Of a stretch of 48,477 nucleotides of DNA, positions 8,181 to 16,019 are shown piece by piece. The notes beneath the pieces were generated by a model. That model searched no databases. It worked only from the letters and a program-made list of their open reading frames with translations, and was not told the DNA's origin. The position numbers and the translations under genes were made by a program. Position 1 is the first letter of the stretch; each line of letters begins with the position of its first letter. Source of the stretch: Elusimicrobiota bacterium (GTDB taxonomy: Bacteria > Elusimicrobiota > Elusimicrobia > FEN-1173); NCBI GenBank assembly GCA_052388135.1, contig JBQTIM010000085.1, positions 1 to 48,477 on the forward strand, written 5' to 3'.

Positions 8181-8209
8181 TTGACGCGGACTCCTCCATT
8201 AGGTAAAAT
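8181..8209 (+). promoter_or_regulatory. sigma70-like promoter, TTGACG-17 nt-TAAAAT
   Basis: TTGACG at 8181-8186 and TAAAAT at 8204-8209 with a 17-nt spacer. This is the best consensus match I found in the window. Confidence 0.6.
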
Positions 8210-8215
8210 AGGTAG

Positions 8216-8338
8216 CAGAAGGCCAGTCAGCAGGCCTGCGGAGAGGACCCCCTCACCGATCCGGGGCTACCCGGTAACCTCTATACAACCAGGTTGACAC
8301 GACTCCCGTGAGACCAGTCGGCGGACTGGTCTTTTTTT
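8216..8338 (+). promoter_or_regulatory. about 120-nt structured leader RNA (candidate riboswitch/attenuator or small RNA), class not recognised
   Basis: It lies between the promoter and a perfect intrinsic terminator. Helices: GGCC..GGCC (8221-8236), CCGGG-GCTA-CCCGG (8261-8274), AGAGG/CCTCT (8242-46 / 8278-82). CCAGTC at 8223-8228 duplicates the terminator 5' arm, so an alternative pairing is possible. Confidence 0.45.
8311..8338 (+). terminator. intrinsic terminator
   Basis: AGACCAGTC-GGCG-GACTGGTCT (9-bp perfect stem) followed by a run of T, ending 32 nt upstream of ATG 8371. Confidence 0.8.
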
Positions 8339-8370
8339 ATGTCCGCCCAAAAAAACGGGAGGATCACAAC

Positions 8371-8742
8371 ATGAAGAAGCTTATACTGGCGGTGGGTTTG
8401 GCGGCGGGTCTGGCGGCATCGGTCCAGGCGGCGGAATGGCCCGAAAACCCGGACAGGTTCCCGTCCGTGGGCTTGAACTACACGGGCATCTTTCAATCCG
8501 GCGACACGAAGTACGACCTGATCGCGGGCGGTTCCGCGTCCCAGGACCTGAGCATCGATGAGAACTACCTGGTGGCGGACCTGCGGCTTCCGGTTTCCAA
8601 CAGGATGACGCTGACGGGCGGCCTGGGGTTTGCCGGATTCATGGGCGAATTGACGAAGAACGCCGCCGCGGGAGCCGACGGGCAGGAACAGGACGCCACC
8701 GGTGTTCTGGTGAACCTGGGAGTAAGGTTCTACATTCATTGA
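8371..8742 (+). CDS. small secreted beta-strand-rich protein, outer-membrane-protein-like
   Basis: GGGAGGA SD 7 nt upstream. Signal peptide MKKLILAVGLAAGLAASVQA|AE. Alternating hydrophobic pattern and OMP-like C-terminal strand LVNLGVRFYIH. The mature part (about 104 aa) is short for a monomeric barrel. ORF-track start 8308 rejected because it lies in the terminator. Confidence 0.6.
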   Translation: MKKLILAVGLAAGLAASVQAAEWPENPDRFPSVGLNYTGIFQSGDTKYDLIAGGSASQDLSIDENYLVADLRLPVSNRMTLTGGLGFAGFMGELTKNAAAGADGQEQDATGVLVNLGVRFYIH

Positions 8743-8802
8743 TTCGGCGCCGCCCGCAGGGGAGGGGCCATCCCCTCCCCTCGGCGGCATGAGATTATTC
8801 AT

Positions 8803-8834
8803 AAAAAAACCTCCGGATTTCCGGAGGTTTTTTT
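8803..8834. terminator. bidirectional intrinsic terminator
   Basis: A7-CCTCCGG-ATTT-CCGGAGG-T7. It is preceded by a very stable hairpin GGGGAGGGG-CCAT-CCCCTCCCC (8759-8780) enclosed by GCCGCC/GGCGGC. Confidence 0.8.
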
Positions 8835-8868
8835 ACGCCTTCACGGCCGGCGCGGAGCCTGTTCGGGC

Positions 8869-8902
8869 AAAAAAAAGCCCCCAGTGGCCCGGGGGCTTTT
8901 TT
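8869..8902. terminator. bidirectional intrinsic terminator (serves the minus-strand PEP-CTERM gene)
   Basis: A8-GCCCCC-loop-GGGGGC-T6 lies between the convergent genes. On the minus strand the hairpin is followed by T8. Confidence 0.75.
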
Positions 8903-8920
8903 CTATAACGAGGCGGGTTT

Positions 8921-9196
8921 TTAAGACTTAAGCTTCTTGTATCCTGCGAAACCGGCCAGGCCTGTGAGCATGAGCAGCATGCTGGCGGGTTCGGGGACGG
9001 GAGCTTCGGGGGAGTTTCCGGGTTGCGTGGGCACGTGGCAGTTTTCGTCGGTGTGGCTGTTGAGAACCACGCTGTTGTTTTCGGCGGCTTCGGTGCTGCG
9101 GACGTTCCCCACCAGCAGAATAGCTTCCGCTTTGAGTGGGATCATCGCGACGGCGGCTAACGCCAGCACCGCGGGCACAAACCTCAGTTTCTTCAT
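8921..9196 (-). CDS. PEP-CTERM sorting-domain protein (small secreted)
   Basis: Signal peptide MKKLRFVPAVLALAAVAMIPLKAEA. C-terminus VPEPASMLLMLTGLAGFAGYKKLKS reads as PEP motif + TM helix + basic tail. AGGAGGA SD upstream. Confidence 0.8.
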   Translation of the reverse strand: MKKLRFVPAVLALAAVAMIPLKAEAILLVGNVRSTEAAENNSVVLNSHTDENCHVPTQPGNSPEAPVPEPASMLLMLTGLAGFAGYKKLKS

Positions 9197-9289
9197 GTTG
9201 GGATCCTCCTAGAGTTTAGCGAGAACCCCTCGGTTCATTCCCGTCGGGTGGGTACTTGGAAGTCGAGCGAGGTGAGAGACTACTCTATC

Positions 9290-9318
9290 AGTCTAACAAA
9301 AAATGGGGCGTGTGTAAA
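9290..9318 (-). promoter_or_regulatory. sigma70-like promoter, TTTACA-17 nt-TAGACT (minus strand)
   Basis: The reverse complement of 9313-9318 is TTTACA and of 9290-9295 is TAGACT, with a 17-nt spacer. It sits about 90 nt upstream of the PEP-CTERM ATG. Confidence 0.45.
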
Positions 9319-9320
9319 GG

Positions 9321-9899
9321 TCAGCGGCTTTCGCCCGGAACGACGGCGGGGGCGTGCTTGGGGAAGTGCTTTCCGGCGCATTCGGGGCAGATGCCGTGGG
9401 AGAAGACGGCCTGGGAATGTTTCTCCACGTAGTTTTCCAGGCGCTCGTAGACGTTGTCGTCCTGGCGGATGCGGCGGCAATAAGAGCAAATGGGGATGAG
9501 GCCTTCCAATTGTTTCACCTGGCTGGTGAGGCCCAGGATCCGCTCCGCCACGCGCAGGCGCATCCAGATGGCGTCCTGGTCCAGGGGCTTGGTGAGGAAG
9601 TCGTCCACGCCGCGGTCCATGGCCAGCCGGTAGTCGTCCTTGCCGGTCATCATGCCGCTGAGGAGGATGAAATAGGTGTAATCGGTCTGCGGACGCTCGC
9701 GCACGCGGCCGCACAGGTCCAGGCCGTCCAGCGCCGGCATGACCCAGTCGCTCACCACCACCCGGGTGGGTTGGCGGTCGAATATTTCCCAGGCCTGGCG
9801 GCCATCCTGGGCTTCCGACACTTGATGGCCCAGGCGTTCCAGCATGGCTTTCAGGATGGACCGGGAAACCGCGTCGTCATCGGCCACCAAAACTTTCAT
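9321..9899 (-). CDS. response regulator: receiver domain + C-terminal Cys-x2-Cys...His...Cys-x2-Cys tail
   Basis: MKVLVADDD..., phospho-acceptor region VVVSDWVMPALDG, and LTKP. Tail is LIPICSYCRRIRQDDNVYERLENYVEKHSQAVFSHGICPECAGKHF. ORF 9321..10256 trimmed to ATG 9897-9899, which overlaps the upstream stop (ATGA). Confidence 0.85.
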   Translation of the reverse strand: MKVLVADDDAVSRSILKAMLERLGHQVSEAQDGRQAWEIFDRQPTRVVVSDWVMPALDGLDLCGRVRERPQTDYTYFILLSGMMTGKDDYRLAMDRGVDDFLTKPLDQDAIWMRLRVAERILGLTSQVKQLEGLIPICSYCRRIRQDDNVYERLENYVEKHSQAVFSHGICPECAGKHFPKHAPAVVPGESR

Positions 9900-10684
9900 T
9901 GGATGTCGCGTCCCTCCTTTTCGCGCTTGAGCCGTTCCTTGGCGCGGTCGAACTCGCGGACCAGGGCGTCCGCAAGCCCGCGGGTGCTTTCGGCGGGCGC
10001 GCCGGAGCGGGCCTGGATTTCCAGCCTCGCCGACAGGGCTTGCATGCGGCGCAAGCCGAGAGCGGCGCAGCTGCCCTTCAGGGTGTGGGCGGCGCGGGTC
10101 AGCGTTTGCGGGTCTTGGGTGCGGCGAAGGTCGGCCAAAAGGGATGAGGCTTGCTCCAGGAAAAGGCGCACGGCTTCCGAGGCGACCACGGAGGGCCCGT
10201 CTCCGTCCAGCTGGCGGAGGCGCTCCAGAGCGGCGGTGTCCAACGGGTCGTCCCATTTGGCCAGCAGGGCTTCCAGGCGCTCCTGGCGCACGGGCTTGGG
10301 GATGAAATCGTCCAGCTCCGGAGCCGGCGCGGCGGCGTTTTCCTCGGCCATGGCGGCGACGGGCGTGCGGCGCTTGGAGCCTTCGCGGCGGCGGAGCTCG
10401 GCCGCCAAAGCGTAGCCGTCTTCGCCGGGGCGCCGGCAGTCCGCTAAAACGAGATCGTAAGGAAAGCGGACGGCGGCTTCGACGGCCTCGGCCGGGCTTC
10501 CGACGCCGTGGACTTCGGCCCCCAGCCGTCCCAGCAAGCGCAGAAGCGTTTCCCTCTGGGACAAGTCGGGGTCCATGACGAGGGTGACGAAATGGTTGCG
10601 GGTTTTTTCACGGGGCGCGGAGGGCCGATCGAGGACGTCGTCCAATCCGGAAGGTACGGTGGGGGTCAGGGGCTTACGATCCAT
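9896..10684 (-). CDS. receiver-Hpt hybrid phosphotransfer protein
   Basis: REC-like N-terminal half (TLVMDPD..., DLVLADCRRPGEDG, IPKP) and C-terminal Hpt with AHTLKGSCAALG. Start set at ATG 10682-10684 (MDRKPL). Confidence 0.75.
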   Translation of the reverse strand: MDRKPLTPTVPSGLDDVLDRPSAPREKTRNHFVTLVMDPDLSQRETLLRLLGRLGAEVHGVGSPAEAVEAAVRFPYDLVLADCRRPGEDGYALAAELRRREGSKRRTPVAAMAEENAAAPAPELDDFIPKPVRQERLEALLAKWDDPLDTAALERLRQLDGDGPSVVASEAVRLFLEQASSLLADLRRTQDPQTLTRAAHTLKGSCAALGLRRMQALSARLEIQARSGAPAESTRGLADALVREFDRAKERLKREKEGRDIQ

Positions 10685-10715
10685 AATACCTTTTTCCGAG
10701 GAGAAACGGAAGGGC

Positions 10716-12953
10716 TCAAGGGGCGGCGGCGGGTTTTGCGCCGGCGGCCAGGGCCTCGCGCAGGCGCGCCGGGTCGGTGATGGGGAGGCCGCAGGCGCGG
10801 TCGCGGCAGACGTGAACCGCCGGCCGTTCGGGCTCGGGACGGAGATTTTTGAGATAGGGAAGGCGGCGCGCCAGGCGCTCCTGGGCGGGGCCCCCGTCGG
10901 CTGCAAGGACGGTCATAGACGGCGCGAAAACGCCGCGGATTTCCCGCAGGAGGGCCCGGGCGGCGGGGTCTGCGGGGTCGCCGGCCAGGACGACTTGAAG
11001 GGGCGGCGAATGGTGGAAATCCAGGGCGGCCAGCATTTGCGGCAGGGCGCGCGGTTGTGACTCCATGCGGAGGCCGAAGAGGGCGAGGGTCTTCTCCGCG
11101 GCCCGGGAAAAATCTTCCCGGTCCGTGAGGCGGGCCAGGCGGAGGAGGCTCAGGGCGGCCACGGAGGAGGCGGACGGTTCCACGTTGTCGGTGTCGTCCA
11201 TGGCGCGGGCGGGAAGGCGGGGGTCGTGGCCCGGCGCCGTCATGTAAAAGCCGCCGCGCTCCGGGTCGTGGAAAAGCGCGATCATGGCGTCGGCCAGCTC
11301 TTCGGCCCAGTCCAGCCATTGCGCGTCGAAGCCGGCCTCGTAGAGGTCCAGAAGGCCCTGGATCAGGAAGGCGTAATCGTCCGCCATGCCGGGCACGCTG
11401 CGCTCCCCGTCGCGCCAGCGGCGGAAAAGGCGGCGCGCGCCGGCGTCGTAAAGGCGGGCGCGGAGGAAGCGCGCGGCTCCGGCGGCGGACTCCGCGTGGG
11501 CCGGCTCGTCGAGGATCTGCGCCGCGCGGCTGAAGGCGGAGATCATGAGTCCGTTCCAGGAAGCGAGGATTTTGTCGTCCAGGTGGGGCCGCGGGCGCCC
11601 GGCGCGGATTTCAAACAGCCGGCGCCGCGCGTCTTCCAGGACGCGGCGGATTTCCTGCGGCGTTTTCCCGAATTTTTGGGCGGTCTCTTCCTCCGTGCGG
11701 GCCAGGAAAAGGATGTTTTTGTTCTCGAATTCCCCCTGCGGATCGTTCTCGGCGTTGCCGGTGGGCGCGACGCCGTGGCGGTAACTGAAAATTTCTCCCG
11801 CCTCGGCGCCCAGCGCGCGGACGATTTCTTCCTTCGTCCAGACGTAAAAAGCGCCTTCCGCCTTTTCGTCGCCTGAGGAAGACGGAGACGAACCGCGGTT
11901 TCCGGCTTGGCGGCCTTCAGCCGTTTCCTCGTTTCCCCCCGCCGGGTCATCCCCCGGACGAGGCGGCAGACTGTCGGCATCCTCGGCGGAGTAGAAGCCG
12001 CCGTCGGGGTGGGTCATGTCCCGGCGGACGTATTCCAGAACGGCGCGGGCGGGGGCGGACAGGGTTTCGTCGCCGGAGGCCCGGCTCGCTTCCAGAAAAT
12101 TAACGGCGATCTGGGCGTTGTCGTAGAGCATCTTCTCGAAATGGGGGACGTGCCATTTCGCGTCGGTGGAATAGCGGTGGAATCCGCCCCCGATGTGGTC
12201 GTGGATGCCGCCGCGGGCCATTTCGCGGAGCGTGTGGACCGCCATGTCCAGGGGCCGGCGGTTTCCGGTGCGGGCGAAAACGCGCAGGAGGAAATTGATG
12301 TTCACGGGCATGGGGAATTTGGGCGCTCCGCCGAAGCCGCCGCGGGACTCGTCGTAGGAGGCGGCCAGGTCTTCCAGCCCGCGGTCGAGAATTTCCGGGC
12401 CGGGCAAGGCGCCCGCTTCGCCGGCGGCAAGGGTTTTTTCGAGGAAGCGGCCGATCTCGCGGCCGGAGCCCGCGAGTTTTTCCCTGTCGGAACGCCACAG
12501 CTCCGCAATCCGCTCCAGGATTTGCGGAAAGCCGGCCCGGCCCCAGCGGGGTTCCGGCGGAAAATAAGTGCCGCCGAAGAACGGCTGAAGGTCGGGCGTG
12601 AGCCACGCCGACAAGGGCCAGCCGCCCGCTCCCGTCATGGCCTGCACCGCCGTCATGTAGATCTTATCCACGTCGGGCCGTTCCTCCCTGTCCACTTTCA
12701 CGGGAACGAAATTCCGGTTGAGGAGGGCGGCGATGGCGGGATCGGAGAAGGATTCCCTCTCCATGACGTGGCACCAATGGCAGGTGGAATAACCGATGGA
12801 GAGAAAAATAGGGACGTCCCGGCTCTTGGCCTGGGCGAAGGCCTCTTCCCCCCACGGGCGCCAGTCCACCGGGTTGTGGGCGTGCTGGAGCAGGTAAGGG
12901 CTTTTTTCGCGGATCAGGGCGTTGGGGGGCGCGGCGGATTTTTCGGAGGACAT
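10716..12953 (-). CDS. thioredoxin-domain protein, DUF255/YyaL family (thioredoxin fold + six-hairpin glycosidase-like domain)
   Basis: N-terminus [48 protein letters not shown] is diagnostic of the family. Contains a low-complexity insertion of about 35-40 aa ([34 protein letters not shown]). Confidence 0.9.
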   Translation of the reverse strand: MSSEKSAAPPNALIREKSPYLLQHAHNPVDWRPWGEEAFAQAKSRDVPIFLSIGYSTCHWCHVMERESFSDPAIAALLNRNFVPVKVDREERPDVDKIYMTAVQAMTGAGGWPLSAWLTPDLQPFFGGTYFPPEPRWGRAGFPQILERIAELWRSDREKLAGSGREIGRFLEKTLAAGEAGALPGPEILDRGLEDLAASYDESRGGFGGAPKFPMPVNINFLLRVFARTGNRRPLDMAVHTLREMARGGIHDHIGGGFHRYSTDAKWHVPHFEKMLYDNAQIAVNFLEASRASGDETLSAPARAVLEYVRRDMTHPDGGFYSAEDADSLPPRPGDDPAGGNEETAEGRQAGNRGSSPSSSGDEKAEGAFYVWTKEEIVRALGAEAGEIFSYRHGVAPTGNAENDPQGEFENKNILFLARTEEETAQKFGKTPQEIRRVLEDARRRLFEIRAGRPRPHLDDKILASWNGLMISAFSRAAQILDEPAHAESAAGAARFLRARLYDAGARRLFRRWRDGERSVPGMADDYAFLIQGLLDLYEAGFDAQWLDWAEELADAMIALFHDPERGGFYMTAPGHDPRLPARAMDDTDNVEPSASSVAALSLLRLARLTDREDFSRAAEKTLALFGLRMESQPRALPQMLAALDFHHSPPLQVVLAGDPADPAARALLREIRGVFAPSMTVLAADGGPAQERLARRLPYLKNLRPEPERPAVHVCRDRACGLPITDPARLREALAAGAKPAAAP

Positions 12954-12994
12954 AAGTACAGTTTACCAAACGCCTCCGTCGGAGAGGAAGCGGT

Positions 12995-13714
12995 CTAAAG
13001 GTGAAACTTGTCGCCCAGGTAGACGCGGCGGGCTTCGGCGGAGTTCAGGAGCTCGCGGGCGGTGCCGTGGAGGAGGACCTGGCCGGCGTGGATGATGGAC
13101 GCGCGGTCCACGATCTCCAAGGTGGCTTGGACGTTGTGGTCGGTGAGCAGAAGGCCCAGGCCCATTTTTTTCAGACCGCCCAGGACCTCCTGGATGTCGT
13201 TGACGGCCAGGGGGTCTATGCCGACGAAAGGCTCGTCCAGGAGGAGGTACTTGGGGTCGGTGGTGAGGGCGCGGGCGATTTCGGTGCGGCGCTTTTCCCC
13301 GCCGGAGAGGGTGTAGGCCATCTGCCGCGCCAGGCGGGTGAGGCCGAGTTCTTCGAGAAGCTTTTCCCGCCGCCGTTTTTTCTCCGCCTTGTCCAGCGGC
13401 AGATGCTCCAAGATGGCGGCGAGGTTGTCCTCCACCGTGAGCCGCCGGAAGATGGACGGCTCCTGGCACAGGTAGCCCAGGCCGCGCCGCGCCCGCTGGT
13501 ACATGGGGAGGACGGAGACGTCGGCGCCGTCCAGGAGCACCCGGCCGCCGTCGGGACGGATGAGGCCCACGATCATGTAGAACGTCGTGGTCTTGCCGGC
13601 GCCGTTGGGGCCCAGGAGGCCGACGATTTCGCCGGGCTGGACTTCCAAGGCGACGCCGTTGACCACGGCGCGGTCGCCGTAGGTTTTCTTCAGGCCGTCA
13701 GCGCGCAGGGGCAA
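12995..13714 (-). CDS. lptB: LPS export ABC transporter ATP-binding protein LptB
   Basis: Walker A GPNGAGKTT, signature LSGGEKRR, Walker B LLLDEP, and context directly downstream of lptC-lptA. TTG start at 13712-13714. Confidence 0.9.
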   Translation of the reverse strand: MPLRADGLKKTYGDRAVVNGVALEVQPGEIVGLLGPNGAGKTTTFYMIVGLIRPDGGRVLLDGADVSVLPMYQRARRGLGYLCQEPSIFRRLTVEDNLAAILEHLPLDKAEKKRRREKLLEELGLTRLARQMAYTLSGGEKRRTEIARALTTDPKYLLLDEPFVGIDPLAVNDIQEVLGGLKKMGLGLLLTDHNVQATLEIVDRASIIHAGQVLLHGTARELLNSAEARRVYLGDKFHL

Positions 13715-14543
13715 GGGTTCCTCCGGGCGAATAAAGCACGGCGCGGGCGCGCTCCTCGACGACGAGGCGCTCTTCGCGGGCGAAATAGGTGATGACGCGG
13801 CCCGTGAGGTCGCGCACGGCGCCGTCCTGGGTTTGCAGGGCCCGGGGCAGCGGTTCCGGGCCCCCGTTCCAGAACCGGACGCTGCCGGCCGGACCGTCGA
13901 AAAAGGCGTGGGAGGCCCAGACGCGCGTTTCCCGAGCCGCCGGCGACTTCTCCCGGGAGACGACCTCGACGTTCCCTTCCGCCCAGGCCGACGTGACGGC
14001 CGGCGTGGAGGCGGCTTGGAAGAACCCCAAAGACTCCGCCTGGATTTCCAGCTCGGCCTCCGAGCTTCCGTCGGAAACCGCCGGGGAGCGGCGCCCCGCC
14101 AGGGGAGTCCGCTTCAGGCGGGCGGGTTTCTTTCCGCCCCGGAGAGTGCCCGAGGACGCCTTGGTTTCGTAAGCGCCCTTATCCCCCCATCCTTCCCAGC
14201 GCAGGCCTTCTTCCGGGGAGTCCCGCTTCAAGTAAACCCGTCCGTAGGCCTCGATCAGGCCCGTCTTCTCCTCGGACACCATGCGGTCGGCCGACAGAAA
14301 ATCCGAACCGCGCTTGAGCTTCACGCCGCCGGAAAATTCCACGGCCTCCCCCTTGCGGAGCAAGGTCATGCGGGCGCCGGTGATGACGGTCTTGGGCGGG
14401 GCGGTTGCCTCTTCCCGGGCGCCGGCCTGCCGCGCGGGAAGAAGGAGAAGCAGGAAAAGCGGTGAAAGACCGAGCGCGAGGAAGCTGCTCGCCTTTGAAA
14501 GCGGCGGGCGATGGGCTGCGTTCGCGATCCGAGGCGTCTTCAT
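13698..14543 (-). CDS. lptA: LptA/OstA-N domain periplasmic LPS transport protein
   Basis: Signal/TM segment FLALGLSPLFLLLLLPA and OstA-like repeats (ITGARMTLLRKGEAVEFSGGVKLKRGSDFLSADRM...). Lies between lptC and lptB. ATG 14541-14543 overlaps the lptC stop (ATGA). Longer than a typical LptA. Confidence 0.7.
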   Translation of the reverse strand: MKTPRIANAAHRPPLSKASSFLALGLSPLFLLLLLPARQAGAREEATAPPKTVITGARMTLLRKGEAVEFSGGVKLKRGSDFLSADRMVSEEKTGLIEAYGRVYLKRDSPEEGLRWEGWGDKGAYETKASSGTLRGGKKPARLKRTPLAGRRSPAVSDGSSEAELEIQAESLGFFQAASTPAVTSAWAEGNVEVVSREKSPAARETRVWASHAFFDGPAGSVRFWNGGPEPLPRALQTQDGAVRDLTGRVITYFAREERLVVEERARAVLYSPGGTLAPAR

Positions 14544-15217
14544 TTTCCGCTTCCTGGTTTCCAATCCGCGCCCTCGATTTCCACCCGCTGGCGGTGAATG
14601 ACCACTTCGGATAGGTCGGCGGACGCTTCCCAGCCGACGCCGCGGGCGGTGGAGCCGGCCCGGACGACGGTGACGGGGGCGGTGGACACGAGGCGGTCGC
14701 TGGCGGAAATGTAGCGCATCCAGTCCGATTCCAGGCGCGCGCCGTCGGTGGAGACAACCACGACGTCGTCCCAGGCCCACATGTCCTTGGATTCGGTGTC
14801 GACGCGCCCGCGGCCCGCCTGCATGCGCGCGCCGGGCCGGCCGTCCTCGAAGAACCGCACCGTGGGTTTGTCTACGGCCACGGAGTTTTCCCTCTCGAAG
14901 AGGTCCGCCCGCGGGGACGACAACCGCCAGTCGAGGCGGCCGTCCACGAAGGCCTCCAGCGTGAAACCGTGGATGGTCTGTTCCGGAAGGGAGGCGGAAT
15001 CCGCGCCGTCCGCGGCTGCTTTCGAGGAAGGTTGTCGGCACGCCGGCGCGGCCAGGAACGCGGCCGCCAGCAGAAGGAAGTTCGAGGCCAGACGCCCCGC
15101 GGCGGAGCCGCGCCCGGCCGGCCGGACCCCGCGGACGCCGCGCCTCAAGGCGAGGGCGAGCGGCCGGAAGTCAATTTGCGGTCTTAAGTTTCGAATCCGC
15201 TTCTCCCGGATTTTCAA
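14540..15217 (-). CDS. lptC: LptC-family LPS export protein
   Basis: N-terminal anchor FLLLAAAFLAAPAC followed by an LptC-like beta-jellyroll pattern (IHGFTLEAFVDGRLDWRLSSPRADLFERENSVAVDKPTVRFFEDG). Start is uncertain: TTG 15217 overlaps kdsC by 47 nt, and TTG 15148 is an alternative. Confidence 0.7.
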   Translation of the reverse strand: MKIREKRIRNLRPQIDFRPLALALRRGVRGVRPAGRGSAAGRLASNFLLLAAAFLAAPACRQPSSKAAADGADSASLPEQTIHGFTLEAFVDGRLDWRLSSPRADLFERENSVAVDKPTVRFFEDGRPGARMQAGRGRVDTESKDMWAWDDVVVVSTDGARLESDWMRYISASDRLVSTAPVTVVRAGSTARGVGWEASADLSEVVIHRQRVEIEGADWKPGSGK

Positions 15218-15749
15218 ATTGATGGAGGATGTCTTTCCAAAGGCCTTGGCTGCGAAGCACCAGGTCCGCCACCTCTCGGAAGACGCCGCGTCCGCCGGGT
15301 TGGGCCGTGACCCAGTGACAGGCGTCTTTGACGGGTTCCGCGGCGTCGGCGGGACAGACGGCCAAGCCCGCGACGCGCAGGGCGGGCAGGTCCACCAGAT
15401 CGTCCCCGATAAAAACAGCCTCGTCGGGGCGGAGGCGTAAAGCCTTGAGGACTTCGCGAAGGGCCTTTCCCTTGTCCTCGCATTTTTGATGCAGGGCGGC
15501 GACGCCTATCTCCTCGGCCCTTTCCCGGACCTGGCGGGAGATGCGGCCCGTGATCCAGGCGGTGCGGATGGGGCGCTTGGCCCGGCGCAGCATGAAAAAG
15601 CCGATGCGGTCCCGCACGTTCCAAAACTTGACCTCCTCGCCGGACTCCAGGACGATGATGGCGCCGTCGGTGAGAACGCCGTCCACGTCCATGGCTATAA
15701 GGCGAATTTTCTTGGCCCGTTTCATTATTTCCGTTTTTGAAATTGCCAT
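15171..15749 (-). CDS. kdsC: 3-deoxy-D-manno-octulosonate 8-phosphate phosphatase (HAD-IIIA)
   Basis: IAMDVDGVLTDG, GDDLVDLP and the KdsC-typical C-terminus. The true start may be ATG 15725 (MKRAKKIRL). Confidence 0.85.
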   Translation of the reverse strand: MAISKTEIMKRAKKIRLIAMDVDGVLTDGAIIVLESGEEVKFWNVRDRIGFFMLRRAKRPIRTAWITGRISRQVRERAEEIGVAALHQKCEDKGKALREVLKALRLRPDEAVFIGDDLVDLPALRVAGLAVCPADAAEPVKDACHWVTAQPGGRGVFREVADLVLRSQGLWKDILHQFENPGEADSKLKTAN

Positions 15750-15770
15750 GGGGCTTTCTAGTCGGAGGAC

Positions 15771-16017
15771 GTGAATCGTGAACGGTGAATGGGAAAATTC
15801 ACGGCCTGGGGTTTTGACTTTACCGGTTCACTGGAACTCATCTCATAAATGAACTCGGAGCGAAATTTCAGATTTCGAGCCGAGCCGACGCGGGCCGAGG
15901 CGAGCATACTCCGTCGGCGGTATGTGAGCCGAGGACCGCTAAGGCGCAGGCCGAAATCTGAAATTGCAGCCCGAAAGTAATTTATGAGATGAGTTCTATT
16001 CACGATTCACCGTTCAC
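15771..16017. repeat. about 245-bp nested palindromic (MITE-like) intergenic element
   Basis: Perfect 16-bp pair AACTCATCTCATAAAT (15835-50) / ATTTATGAGATGAGTT (15980-95). Perfect 14-bp pair AATTTCAGATTTCG (15864-77) / CGAAATCTGAAATT (15952-65). Outer 13-bp pair GTGAACGGTGAAT (15778-90) / ATTCACCGTTCAC (16005-17). Confidence 0.85.
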
Positions 16018-16019
16018 GC

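Noticed and set aside
8216-8338. Assignment of the leader to a known RNA family (glycine riboswitch, c-di-GMP-I, SRP/4.5S RNA, 6S RNA).
   Set aside because: GGAGAGG...CACCGAT is superficially reminiscent of the glycine aptamer, but the ACCGAAGGGGCAA and CTCAGG cores are absent. The SRP GGAAGCAGCC core and the GEMM ACGCAAAGC core are also absent, and the length is too short for 6S. It is left unclassified rather than named.
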